Assembly: GCA_963702475.1 (NCBI GenBank)
Contig: CAVPCT010000003.1
Coordinates: forward strand, 1-64,000
DNA from: an uncultured Thermoleophilia bacterium
GTDB taxonomy: Bacteria; Actinomycetota; Thermoleophilia; UBA2241
Reading direction: 5' to 3'
Length of the DNA stretch: 64,000 bases
Shown here one piece after another: positions 28,368 to 37,667 of the stretch. The notes below the pieces were generated by a model, which worked only from the letters and a program-made list of their open reading frames with translations, made no database searches and had not been told where the DNA came from. Numbering within the stretch: the stretch's first letter is position 1; every line of letters starts with the position of its first letter. The position numbers were made by a program, and so were the translations under genes.

Positions 28368-28505
28368 TCAGCCGCGATCCTTGTCGGCGTCGGTGACGAC
28401 GACGCTGTCGCCGGCGTCGAAGATGTCTCCGCACGGGTGGATCTCGACCGGCATGTCGTCCTCGATCTCGTCGCCGGGCACGCTGTTGTTCGGCTGGTCG
28501 CTCAT
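28368..28505 (-). CDS. Small acidic protein (45 aa)
   Basis: GAGGAG RBS; MSDQPNNSVPGDEIEDDMPVEIHPCGDIFDAGDSVVVTDADKDRG; GC-rich third positions. Confidence 0.6.
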   Translation of the reverse strand: MSDQPNNSVPGDEIEDDMPVEIHPCGDIFDAGDSVVVTDADKDRG

Positions 28506-28668
28506 GGTCGCTCCTCGGAGTGGGATCGGCTCAGGCGCAGTGTACTTCGGCCGGCGGCCGAGCGGGGGCGGTGACACGGTACCTGGTCCTGTCCCGCCCG
28601 GCTGATATGCTCCCTACGGGGCCGCGCACCGGAGGGGGTGCCGCGGCCGATGCCGCGAAAGGAGCACC

Positions 28669-29691
28669 ATGGCCCTGCCCGTCGAGTACCCGGTGGACCT
28701 GCGCGCCGACCGCCCCGAGCGAAGCTCGCGGCTGTGGGCCGTCCTCACCATCCTGCTCATCAAGCTGCTGGCGCTCATCCCGCACTTCTTCCTGCTCATC
28801 TTCCTGGGCATCGCCCAGTGGGTGGTGGCGTTCGTCGCGCAGTTCGTCGTGGCGGCGCGCGGCGAGTACCCGCCGGGGATGTTCCGCTTCGTCGTCGGCG
28901 TGCTGCGCTGGAGCACGCGCGTCTCGGCGTTCGCCCTGTCGCTCAGCGACCGCTACCCGCCGTTCTCCCTTGAGCAGGACGCGAGCTATCCGATCGACGT
29001 CGTGGTGGAGCGGCCGCCGCAGCACAGCCGGCTGTACGCCCTGTTCACGGTGATCGTGCAGCTCCTGTTCGTCGTCGGCATGATCGTGCTGGCCGTGGCC
29101 CTCGCGCGCGAAGTCTCCAGCTCGGACACGTCATGGACGTCGGACTACCAGCAGCAGTGGACCTCGAGCTGGGGCTCGGGCCTGCTCCTGCGCCAGATCG
29201 CCGCCATCCCGCACTACATCATCCTGTTCTTCCTCGGCATCGCCGTGTTCGTCGTCTGGCTCATAGTGCAGTGGGTCATCCTGTTCGTAGGGTCGTACCC
29301 GAAGGGGATGTACGACTTCTCGGCAGGCGTGGTGCGCTGGCAGGTGCGCGTGCAGGCGTACTCGTTCGGCCTCATCGACTGCTACCCGCCGTTCAGCTTC
29401 GACCCGTCGGTGGGTGCGGGGCCGGCGGGCGCGGCGGCGTACGCGGCTCCGCCCGCGCCGCCGCCTCTGCCCGGCACGCCGGTCTACCAGCCGGCGCCGG
29501 CCCCGCAGCCGCCGGCGCCCGCGGCGGACTGGCAGGCGCCCGAACCGGCGGCCCCGCCGGCGCCTGCGGCGGCCCCGCCGCCGGCCTGGTACCCTGACCC
29601 CCAGGGTCGGCACCAGATCAGGTACTGGAACGGCGCGGCGTGGACGTCCGACGTGGCAGACGACGGAGTGCGGTCGACCGATCCGGTGTGA
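28669..29691 (+). CDS. DUF4389 tandem-domain membrane protein with Pro-rich linker and DUF2510 tail
   Basis: Two IPH...YP.GM...RW...YPPFS units; PAWYPDPQGRHQIRYWNGAAWT. Confidence 0.9.
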   Translation: MALPVEYPVDLRADRPERSSRLWAVLTILLIKLLALIPHFFLLIFLGIAQWVVAFVAQFVVAARGEYPPGMFRFVVGVLRWSTRVSAFALSLSDRYPPFSLEQDASYPIDVVVERPPQHSRLYALFTVIVQLLFVVGMIVLAVALAREVSSSDTSWTSDYQQQWTSSWGSGLLLRQIAAIPHYIILFFLGIAVFVVWLIVQWVILFVGSYPKGMYDFSAGVVRWQVRVQAYSFGLIDCYPPFSFDPSVGAGPAGAAAYAAPPAPPPLPGTPVYQPAPAPQPPAPAADWQAPEPAAPPAPAAAPPPAWYPDPQGRHQIRYWNGAAWTSDVADDGVRSTDPV

Positions 29692-29809
29692 AGGCGAGCG
29701 CCGTGCGATCGGGCAGCTTGGCGGCGAAGCGGTTTCGTCCTTGCCGTGGAGTCCGCGGGCCTATGGTGCTACGCTGTATCCCCGTGAGGCAACGACCGGG
29801 CAGCGGCGC

Positions 29810-30742
29810 GTGACACAGCAGGCTGACGGCCGACCCACCCCCTCTCTCAGCCAGGTCATGGCCAGGGCCGGCGCTCGTCCGCTCGGCGTCGCCGGCCTCC
29901 GGCCCTGCTACAGGTACCCCGCGCGCCGCCCCAGCGGTCCGTTCGGGGGTTTGGGGCTGGACGTGTCGTTCAGTGACACGCTGTTCCGCTCGGCCCCGCT
30001 GGCCCGCCAGCAGCTCGCGCTTCCCTACGAGCCTGTCTGCCGCCTCGCCGTCTCACAGGCGGACTGGGTGAGGTTCCCTGACGTCGGAACCACCAGACGC
30101 CGCGCCTGGGCGGCCTTCGGCCAGCCCGGCGGCGGCTTCGAGATGGCCTCGACGTCGGCCTTCCAGGAACTCTCCCTCGGCCGCCTTCCCCGCGGTCCGT
30201 TCCACCAAGCGCACGAGAGCTGGATGCTGGACAGCTCGCTCCCCAGCGGCGGGTCTCTGGACGAGTTCTGCAGCGTCGTGGAGCCGCGTGATCGTCCGGC
30301 GGCGCTCGACCTGGTGCAGGTGCTCGCCGCAACGGCGATGGAGTACGCGGCGGCGCTGGCCGGGCACGAGCAGGTGGCCGACGCCAAGGTGGTGGACGAG
30401 ACCGTCCCGGCGGCCTGCGTCTACTGGCGGCGCGACCCGCTGGACTACAGCCTGTCGGTGACTGCGCGGGTGCGCGGCGATCACCTCAACGGGCTCAAGT
30501 TCTGGGGCGTCTTCTGGAACGACGACGAGGTGCGGGGCGTGCGCTGGGTCTACAAGCCCCTCGAGGTGGCCGCACCCGGCGTGATGGTGGCCAGGCTGGA
30601 CGAGTTCGAGCCCGACTCGGAGCACAGCGGTCGACTCATGACGATCGTGTGGGAGCAGTTCGACGCGCTGAGGGCGCTGCTGCTGCACAAGGCTGCCACC
30701 GACTGCTTCTCCGAGGCCGTGCGCTGCCTCCTCATGGTCTGA
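29810..30742 (+). CDS. Hypothetical protein (start uncertain)
   Basis: Long ORF with coding-like codon bias; no family recognised. Confidence 0.65.
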   Translation: MTQQADGRPTPSLSQVMARAGARPLGVAGLRPCYRYPARRPSGPFGGLGLDVSFSDTLFRSAPLARQQLALPYEPVCRLAVSQADWVRFPDVGTTRRRAWAAFGQPGGGFEMASTSAFQELSLGRLPRGPFHQAHESWMLDSSLPSGGSLDEFCSVVEPRDRPAALDLVQVLAATAMEYAAALAGHEQVADAKVVDETVPAACVYWRRDPLDYSLSVTARVRGDHLNGLKFWGVFWNDDEVRGVRWVYKPLEVAAPGVMVARLDEFEPDSEHSGRLMTIVWEQFDALRALLLHKAATDCFSEAVRCLLMV

Positions 30743-30875
30743 CGCTCTCGGCCGCAGCTGGGCGAGGGCCGGCCGGGCCGGTGCGGCAACGGCGTCCGTC
30801 TGCGACGGCATGGGAATGCTCGAGACATCCGGTCGCCCGACCGGTGACCTGTCACCAGTATCCGAGGAGGGCCCC

Positions 30876-31262
30876 ATGGCGACTCCCGTGCGTGGGCTCA
30901 TGCTCTCGTTCGACGCAACTGAAGAGCACATCAGCAAGGGCGGCGTCGAGATCGACGTCGTACACATCGGCGACATGATCGTGAAGCGCGGCAGCTACCC
31001 GCCGGGCTGGAAGTACTCGACCCGCATGGGCGAGCCGCGCTGCCAGGACACCCACGTGGGGTACGCGGTCTCCGGCCGCATCGTGGTCGAGCTGAGCGAC
31101 GGTACGCAGCTCGAACTCGGCCCGGGTGAGGTGTTCGCCATCCCGGCCGATCACGACGCGTGGGTCGTCGGCGACGAGCCGTGTGTCCTCGTGCAGTTCG
31201 ACGAAGGCGAGTCGGCGGCCCGGCGCTTCGACGTCCGGGCGGCGGCGGCAGAATCAGCCTGA
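30876..31262 (+). CDS. Cupin domain protein
   Basis: PGWKYS...CQDTHVGYAVSG...IPADHDAWVVGDEPCV. Confidence 0.9.
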   Translation: MATPVRGLMLSFDATEEHISKGGVEIDVVHIGDMIVKRGSYPPGWKYSTRMGEPRCQDTHVGYAVSGRIVVELSDGTQLELGPGEVFAIPADHDAWVVGDEPCVLVQFDEGESAARRFDVRAAAAESA

Positions 31263-31288
31263 CGGGCCGAGCTTCCGCGAGGCGTGTG

Positions 31289-31320
31289 GACGGCGGGCCG
31301 CCGCGGGGCGGCCCGCCGTC
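31289..31320. terminator. GC hairpin after the cupin gene
   Basis: GACGGCGGGCCGCC...GGCGGCCCGCCGTC. Confidence 0.55.
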
Positions 31321-31624
31321 ATGCCCGGGTCCGCCACGGGTCGAAGGCTGGGGTCGCGACCCCGCCGCCGGATCGCGTGCAGTCGAGCGTACCCCGGCTC
31401 GGCGGGACCCCGTAAGGCTCGAACACTCGTCATCTTGACGATGCTGCGGTACTATTGAGCACACGAAGGGGCTTAACGGCGGCCGTGGGCCGCCGTTTTG
31501 CGTGAGCATCGGTCAACGACGCCCGACCTCCGCCCCCGCGAGTGACTGTGACCGCAGCGGCTGTGCCCTTTGAGCGGATCGCCCGGGACTGTGCGGGGTC
31601 CTGCGGGCATCCAGGAGAACCGTG

Positions 31625-33079
31625 ATGGCTCGACCGAAGACCTCCAAGTACCTCTACGGCCACCCCATCCCCGAGAACGAATTCGCCGTCCGCGACCTGC
31701 AGGACAAGCTGCCCGGCGTCGGCCTCTTCGACCTGCGTCGCACGCCGGGTGGGGGCCACGCCTGCACCTTCTGCGGCGGCTGCGCGAAGAAGTGCCCGGT
31801 GCAGTGCATCGACGTGCGTCTGGACCGCTCGCGCACGCACGGCAAAGGCAAGGAGCGTCACTTCGCCGGCACCATCACGTTCGACGAGCGCCGCTGCATG
31901 ACGTGCAACCACTGCATGGAGGCCTGCAAGTTCGACGCGCTCGTCCCCACCGATCTCTACTTCGAGCACCGCGAACGCGTGCAGGCGCTGGCGCACGAGC
32001 AGACGGAGCTCTCCGCGGGGCACGGTCTGTGCAGCGGCTGCGGAGCCTCGGTGATCGTCAACCAGGTCCTCTCGCAGGTGGACAGCCACTACGTGGTCTC
32101 CGGGGCCACCGGCTGCCTCGAGGTGTCGACGACCCGCTACCCCTACACGGCCTGGAAGGGCAGCTACATCCACACGAACTTCGAGAACGCGGCCGCCACG
32201 CTCAGCGGCGTGGAGACGGCGTTCCGCGCCCTGCGCCGCCGCGGCAGGCTCGAGGAGCAGGTCAAGTTCATCGCCTTCGGCGGCGACGGCGGCACCTACG
32301 ACATCGGTCTGCAGGCGCTCTCCGGCGCCATGGAGCGCGGCCACCAGATGCTCTACGTCTGCTACGACAACGGCGCCTACATGAACACCGGCTTCCAGCG
32401 CTCGTCCGCGACCCCGCACGGCGCCTGGACCACGACCAGCCCGGTCGGCGAAGAGATCCCGGGCAAGATCGGGCACTCGAAGAACCTCACCGAGATCATG
32501 GTCGGCCACAGGCTCCCGTACGTGGCGCAGTCCTCGCCGCACGACCCCCAGGATCTCATCCACAAGGCCTCCAAAGCGCTGGCCATCGACGGCCCCACCT
32601 TTCTCAACGTGCTCTCGCCGTGCCCGCGCGGCTGGCGCAGCGACAATGACGAAGGCATAGACCTCGCGCGGCTCGCCACCGAGGCCTGCTACTGGCCGCT
32701 CTTCGAGGTCAACGACGGCCAGTACCGGCTCACCTACCGGCCCCGGCACAAGCGCCAGCTCGGCGAGTGGCTTGAGCGCCAGGGGAGGTTCTCCCACCTG
32801 GCGCTGCCCGGCAACGAACACATGCTCGAGGAGCTGCAGGAGTGGGTCGACCGCGAGTGGGACCTGCTGCTGCGCAAGTGCGACGAGATCCCCGAGAGCA
32901 GGTGGGACTCGGCCGCCAGCCGTCACAAGCCCGAGCCGTTCGTGATGCACCCCACGCACCCGCACCTGGAGTCGCTGGGCGAGCCGCTCACGGCGAGCAT
33001 GACGTACACCGCTCTCGACTGGGACGACCTGGACTGGGGCCGCCACTCAGGCATGAGCGACGGCGCGTTCGAGGATTAG
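31625..33079 (+). CDS. porB: 2-oxoacid:ferredoxin oxidoreductase beta subunit fused to an N-terminal 2x[4Fe-4S] ferredoxin
   Basis: CTFCGGCAKKCP and CMTCNHCMEAC; GHGLCSGCG, ATGCLEV, GGDGGTYDIG..YDN..YMNTG (TPP motif), SPCPRGW. Confidence 0.85.
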   Translation: MARPKTSKYLYGHPIPENEFAVRDLQDKLPGVGLFDLRRTPGGGHACTFCGGCAKKCPVQCIDVRLDRSRTHGKGKERHFAGTITFDERRCMTCNHCMEACKFDALVPTDLYFEHRERVQALAHEQTELSAGHGLCSGCGASVIVNQVLSQVDSHYVVSGATGCLEVSTTRYPYTAWKGSYIHTNFENAAATLSGVETAFRALRRRGRLEEQVKFIAFGGDGGTYDIGLQALSGAMERGHQMLYVCYDNGAYMNTGFQRSSATPHGAWTTTSPVGEEIPGKIGHSKNLTEIMVGHRLPYVAQSSPHDPQDLIHKASKALAIDGPTFLNVLSPCPRGWRSDNDEGIDLARLATEACYWPLFEVNDGQYRLTYRPRHKRQLGEWLERQGRFSHLALPGNEHMLEELQEWVDREWDLLLRKCDEIPESRWDSAASRHKPEPFVMHPTHPHLESLGEPLTASMTYTALDWDDLDWGRHSGMSDGAFED

Positions 33080-33218
33080 GCACCGGAGCGGCCGCAGGTA
33101 GCGCAGGCGGCTCAACGTGGCGTGCGCCGTGAGGTCCACCCCACGTCGACCGCTGCGGACCATGGCCGCGCCTGCAACGGCACCCGCTCCAGGCTGAGGG
33201 CCGATACCGAGGTGTGCG

Positions 33219-33512
33219 CCGCTACGGTACATCATCCTGCTCAACCTGACGGCCAAGGGACTCGCCGACCTCAAAGGGTCGCCCACCCGCGTGGATGCGG
33301 GCATCAAGGCTGTCGAGGCCGGTGGCGGCAAGATGCTGAGCTTCAGTGCGACGATGGGTCCCTACGACTACGTCGCGGTGTGCGAGGCCCCCAGTGACGA
33401 GGTGGTGACGGTCCTGTCGATGGCCCTTGGGGCGCAGGGCTACGTGACCAGGCAGACCCTGTGGGCCTTCTCGACGGAGGAGTTCGCCGGCCTCGTCAGC
33501 AAGCTGCCCTGA
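33219..33512 (+). CDS. GYD domain protein (start codon damaged or unclear)
   Basis: RYIILLNLTAKG...TMGPYDYVAVCEAP...QTLWAF. Confidence 0.8.
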   Translation, partial: PLRYIILLNLTAKGLADLKGSPTRVDAGIKAVEAGGGKMLSFSATMGPYDYVAVCEAPSDEVVTVLSMALGAQGYVTRQTLWAFSTEEFAGLVSKLP

Positions 33513-33585
33513 CCCACGCACCTCCGAGCGGATGCCCGGGCGGCCGCCGGCGGGGACCTTCGGCCCCGGCGGCCGCTGCCCGTGG

Positions 33586-35130
33586 TCAGTCGCGTGGAGC
33601 GGAGCTCCAATCGGCGCGGATGACCGTGCCCCCCGTCGGGCCGGCGCCGACATGCAGGTGAATGCCGGCCTCTGCGGCACGCTCGCCCATGGTGCGGAGG
33701 CCGAGGCTGGCGGGTCCGGTCTGGGCGGGGTCGAATCCGCGACCGTCGTCCCCCACCGTGAGGTGGACCTCCGCCGGCTGCAGGTCCAGCTCGACCCAGG
33801 CGGACGACGCGTGCGCGTGCCGCACCACGTTGTTCAGTGCCTCCTGCGCGATGCGGTACATAGCCTCGTGGACCGCTGCCGGTGGCTGCGCATCGCCGTG
33901 CGCGCGCAGTGTCACCTCGACGCTGGCCCTGCTCTCGGCCGCCTCGACAAGCTGGGCGAGCAGCATCTGCAGCGGAGTCTCGCCGACCGGGTCCGAGCGG
34001 AGCTCGAGCAGCATGGTGCGCATCTGGGCCAGAGCCCCGCGAGTGAGCCGCCGCACCTGCTCGATCGTCGTCGCGGTCCGGGGGGGCAACGCATCCTTCT
34101 CCAGGGTCAATGACTCCGCCTTGAGGCTCGCGGCGAAGAGGGCCTGTGTCACTGAGTCGTGCAGGTCGCGCGCCAGGCGGTTGCGCTCGGCCATGGTCGC
34201 TGCCTCGGCTTCCTTCTGCCGCAGAGCGAGCTCCGCCTCCTTGCGCTCGCCGACGTCGCGGATCACCGCGAGCCTCCCGGCCGGGGAACCGTCCTCCTGG
34301 GTCAGCGCCGACACGGCCGCCTCCACAACGAGCCGGCGGCCGTCCCTGGTGATGTGGAGGTTCTCTCCGCGCCAGCGGCCGGTGCGCTGGAGCTCATCGT
34401 GCGTCAGCCGCTCCTGTGTCGGCGTCGTCCACTCACAGCGGTAGACCTCCTGAAGCCCGCGGCCCAGTGCGTCTTCACGCCGCACCCCGTACAGCCTGAC
34501 AGCCTGGTCGTTCATGTAGGTGACGCGCTCCTCGGCGTCGACGGCGATGATCGCGTCGCTGACCTCGGCGAGCATCCGCTCGGCGGACATGCTGGCCCGT
34601 TCGGCGGCGCGGGCTCTGTCCAGCGCCGCCATGAGCTCGTCGGCCTTCTGCTGCAGGGCCTGCTCGGCGTGAACGCGGGCGGTGATGTCGGCGTGCAGGT
34701 TCAGGTTGGCGACGTGTCGTCCCTCGTCGTCGAACAGTGGCGACGAGCTGAAGTGCGACCACACCGCCGCTCCATCTCTGCGCCGTAACTGGATCTCGCC
34801 GCGGAGGACGTGCCCCGCGTGCAGGGCTGCGCGGTTCTCTATCACCGTGGACTGCCAGTCGTCGAAGAGCAGCATCATGCCGTTCATGCCGATCAACTCG
34901 TCGACGGCGTAGCCGAGCATCTCCGCCATCTGCGGGTTCACGTAGGTGATGAAGCCGTCGGGGCGGCCGATGAGCACGCCCTCGGGCGTAGCCTCGATGA
35001 TCGCACGGAACCGGTGCTCGTTCTCGCGCAGGTCGGCCGGCCAGTCACCGGCGACGCCGTTCTCGTGGGTGGTGTCGGACAAGGGCGTTCCCAGTCGCAG
35101 TGCGCTCCGGCCCGATTGTAGAACGGACAC
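33586..35130 (-). CDS. PAS-PAS sensor histidine kinase (HisKA_3, NarX/UhpB type)
   Basis: ERNRLARDLHDSVTQ H-box; RIAQEALNNVVRHA; DDGRGF; two PAS/PAC units. Confidence 0.9.
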   Translation of the reverse strand: MSVLQSGRSALRLGTPLSDTTHENGVAGDWPADLRENEHRFRAIIEATPEGVLIGRPDGFITYVNPQMAEMLGYAVDELIGMNGMMLLFDDWQSTVIENRAALHAGHVLRGEIQLRRRDGAAVWSHFSSSPLFDDEGRHVANLNLHADITARVHAEQALQQKADELMAALDRARAAERASMSAERMLAEVSDAIIAVDAEERVTYMNDQAVRLYGVRREDALGRGLQEVYRCEWTTPTQERLTHDELQRTGRWRGENLHITRDGRRLVVEAAVSALTQEDGSPAGRLAVIRDVGERKEAELALRQKEAEAATMAERNRLARDLHDSVTQALFAASLKAESLTLEKDALPPRTATTIEQVRRLTRGALAQMRTMLLELRSDPVGETPLQMLLAQLVEAAESRASVEVTLRAHGDAQPPAAVHEAMYRIAQEALNNVVRHAHASSAWVELDLQPAEVHLTVGDDGRGFDPAQTGPASLGLRTMGERAAEAGIHLHVGAGPTGGTVIRADWSSAPRD

Positions 35131-35208
35131 GGCCGAGTCCGACCGTTGCCGCCGACGGCACCGCCCGCCCCGAGGCGAGTGACCGACGCGACGACCCCGG
35201 AAGACCCG

Positions 35209-35922
35209 CTACCTTCGGCCGTCCCGGGCCGGAGCCGGGGCCGCAGGGCCGCCCCACTCGCGCTGCGTCTCGTGGCGACGGTCGCGCGGCTCAAACAGGT
35301 GGGCGAGCGAGACGGCGCCCGCGCCCAGGAGCGACGGGCCCGCGAGGAGGAGCGTCGCGTACATGCCGGCGTTCGCCTCGCCTCCGGCGGCTACGCGTGT
35401 CAGGACGACCACGACGTACGCGACAGTCACGGACGCGGCCACCAGTCGGCCGGCGTCGAGCCTCGTGTGCGCGCGGTCGCCGGGCAGGAGGTCGCGCGCA
35501 GCAGCAGCAGCGAGCCAGACGCTGAGGGCGAGCAGCGCCGCGGCGACGACCCCCGCGGCTATCGACCCGACGGTGGCCGTGGCATCATCTGACGTGAGGA
35601 AGAGGCCGGCGGCCCTGCCTGCCTGCATCGCGGCACCGGCGACCAGCAGGAGCATGAAGACGGCGCCGCCTCCCGCCACGTAGCCGAGCAGGGTCGCCGC
35701 CGTGCTGTCGCGGCCGGCGTGACGGCCGTGCAGCCGCCAGGCGAACAGGGGTCCGAGCGCGACGGCCGCCGCCATGCCGATCCCTGCAGCGATGTTGGAG
35801 GCGTGGGAGCCGGTCCCTGCCAGGACCGCCACTGCGAGCGCCGCGGCGAAAGCAGCGGCGGTGAACAGGCCGCCGTCTCCGGCGAGGACCGCCCGCGCCG
35901 TGCGTGTCCCGGACCCTGTCAT
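35209..35922 (-). CDS. Multi-pass membrane protein, paralog of 21556-22215
   Basis: RAVLAGDG, AWRLHGRH, RDL...H..LD..RL.A shared. Confidence 0.75.
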   Translation of the reverse strand: MTGSGTRTARAVLAGDGGLFTAAAFAAALAVAVLAGTGSHASNIAAGIGMAAAVALGPLFAWRLHGRHAGRDSTAATLLGYVAGGGAVFMLLLVAGAAMQAGRAAGLFLTSDDATATVGSIAAGVVAAALLALSVWLAAAAARDLLPGDRAHTRLDAGRLVAASVTVAYVVVVLTRVAAGGEANAGMYATLLLAGPSLLGAGAVSLAHLFEPRDRRHETQREWGGPAAPAPARDGRR

Positions 35923-36146
35923 GGCCATCCCCCTGTGACGGCGCCGCCGGAGCGCTGTGGCTCGTCCCTAGTATGCCCGCTGTCCGCCGCCGAGCCCGTT
36001 GTCCGCGGCGGGAGGGGCCTCGGTGGACCCGGCGAGTCGCCGGGGCGTGTGCACCGGTCCGGTGGTGCTACGCTCCTGCTGTACGGCGGCGGCGGCGCAC
36101 CTGTCACCAGCGGTGGCGCCGGAGCGAGCGCGCTCGAGGAGGGTCG

Positions 36147-37667
36147 ATGAACTGGGTCAGTCGCGTGGGGCGCTACGGCTACCTGCTGGCCGTGTTGGCG
36201 GTGGTCTTGTCCACCCTGATCTTCCTGCCCGGCCGCGACTTGTTCGCGAAGGGTCAGTGGTCGCTGCTGTACCTCCTCGTGATCCTGCTGGTCGCGAGTG
36301 CGGCGGGTGCAGGCCCTGCCGTCGTGGCCGCGCTGCTCTCGTTCCTGGCCTGGAACTTCTTCTTTCTGCCTCCCTACCACACGTTCGCCATCGAGGATGC
36401 CAAAGACTGGCTGTCGCTCGTCGCGTTCCTCGTGGTCGGCGTCATCGTCGGAGTCATGGCCGGCCGGATGCGAGAGCGGGAGGCGAGAGCGGTGGCGCGT
36501 GAGCTCGAGGCCGTGACGATCAACCGGGTGAGCACGGACCTCGTCTCGCAGACCTCCACCCCCGTGATGGCGCAGACCGTCGTCCGCGAGGTGGTCGAGC
36601 AGTTGGGCGCTCCGGCGGCGACCCTGTTCCTGGCCTCGGCCGGGGAGCTCGAGCCCTACTGCTCGTGGCCGCCGCACGTCGTCCCGCCCGCACGGACGGT
36701 CGAGCAGGCGGAGCGCACCTACGCGGCGGCCGCGCGGCGCGGCGCGGGAGGCGACGACCAGGGGGGCGCGGACGGTGCGGTGTGCCAGGACGGCGACGTG
36801 GCCGTTCCCCTGCGCAGCCCGAGTGGTGTGTCCGGCGCGCTCAGCGTGAGCGCGCGTCGTGACGGCAGGCCCTACGGCGCCGCCGAGCTCCGCCTGGCGA
36901 CCTCGCTGGCGAACCTTGTCTCCGCCTTTCTCGAGCGCCAGGACCTGCAGTCCAAAGCGACGCAGGCGGAAGCGGGGAGAGAGGCCGACCGGCTCAAGTC
37001 CAGCCTGCTCTCGTCCGTGTCCCACGAGCTCAAGACGCCGCTCGCCGCGCTGGCGGCCACCGTCAGCAACCTGCTGGAGAGCGACGTGGAGTGGGACGAA
37101 CAGAGCGTGCGCGAGGAGTTGCAGGCGATCGTCGCCGACGTGACCCGGCTGAACCACAGCGTCGGCGCCCTGCTCGACCTGTCTCGCCTCGAGACGCGCT
37201 CGTGGGAGCCGCGCCGCGAGCTCTACGATGTGAGCGACATCATCGCGGCCGGGATCGACACGCTGCCGCTGCACGAACGCGCACGGGTGAGGCTTGACGT
37301 GCCCGACGACGCCGAGCCGGTGCTCGCGGACTTCAGCCAGCTCACCAGGGTCCTGCAGAGCCTGCTGGAGAACGCGGTACTGTACGCGGGACCCGAGAGC
37401 CGCATCACGGTCGGGGCCCGCGCCACGCACCGTGTCCTGCGCCTGTGGGTGGAGGACGAAGGTCCCGGTATCGCGGCCGGCGAACACGAGGCCGTGTTCG
37501 AGAAGTTCTACCGGGGCCGCACTGCCGGTGCCGCGGTCCCCTCCGGCACCGGCCTTGGCCTCGCGATCGCCCGCGAGATCGTGCGTGCCCACGGCGGCAC
37601 GGTGCAGGTGGAGGACGTCACGCCGCACGGGGCGCGGTTCGTTGTCGCACTGCCCGTCGAGGAGTGA
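36147..37667 (+). CDS. kdpD: KdpD-type sensor kinase, C-terminal part (DUF4118 TM, GAF, HisKA, HATPase)
   Basis: WNFFFLPPYHTF; LLSSVSHELKTPL; GTGLGLAI. Confidence 0.85.
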   Translation: MNWVSRVGRYGYLLAVLAVVLSTLIFLPGRDLFAKGQWSLLYLLVILLVASAAGAGPAVVAALLSFLAWNFFFLPPYHTFAIEDAKDWLSLVAFLVVGVIVGVMAGRMREREARAVARELEAVTINRVSTDLVSQTSTPVMAQTVVREVVEQLGAPAATLFLASAGELEPYCSWPPHVVPPARTVEQAERTYAAAARRGAGGDDQGGADGAVCQDGDVAVPLRSPSGVSGALSVSARRDGRPYGAAELRLATSLANLVSAFLERQDLQSKATQAEAGREADRLKSSLLSSVSHELKTPLAALAATVSNLLESDVEWDEQSVREELQAIVADVTRLNHSVGALLDLSRLETRSWEPRRELYDVSDIIAAGIDTLPLHERARVRLDVPDDAEPVLADFSQLTRVLQSLLENAVLYAGPESRITVGARATHRVLRLWVEDEGPGIAAGEHEAVFEKFYRGRTAGAAVPSGTGLGLAIAREIVRAHGGTVQVEDVTPHGARFVVALPVEE

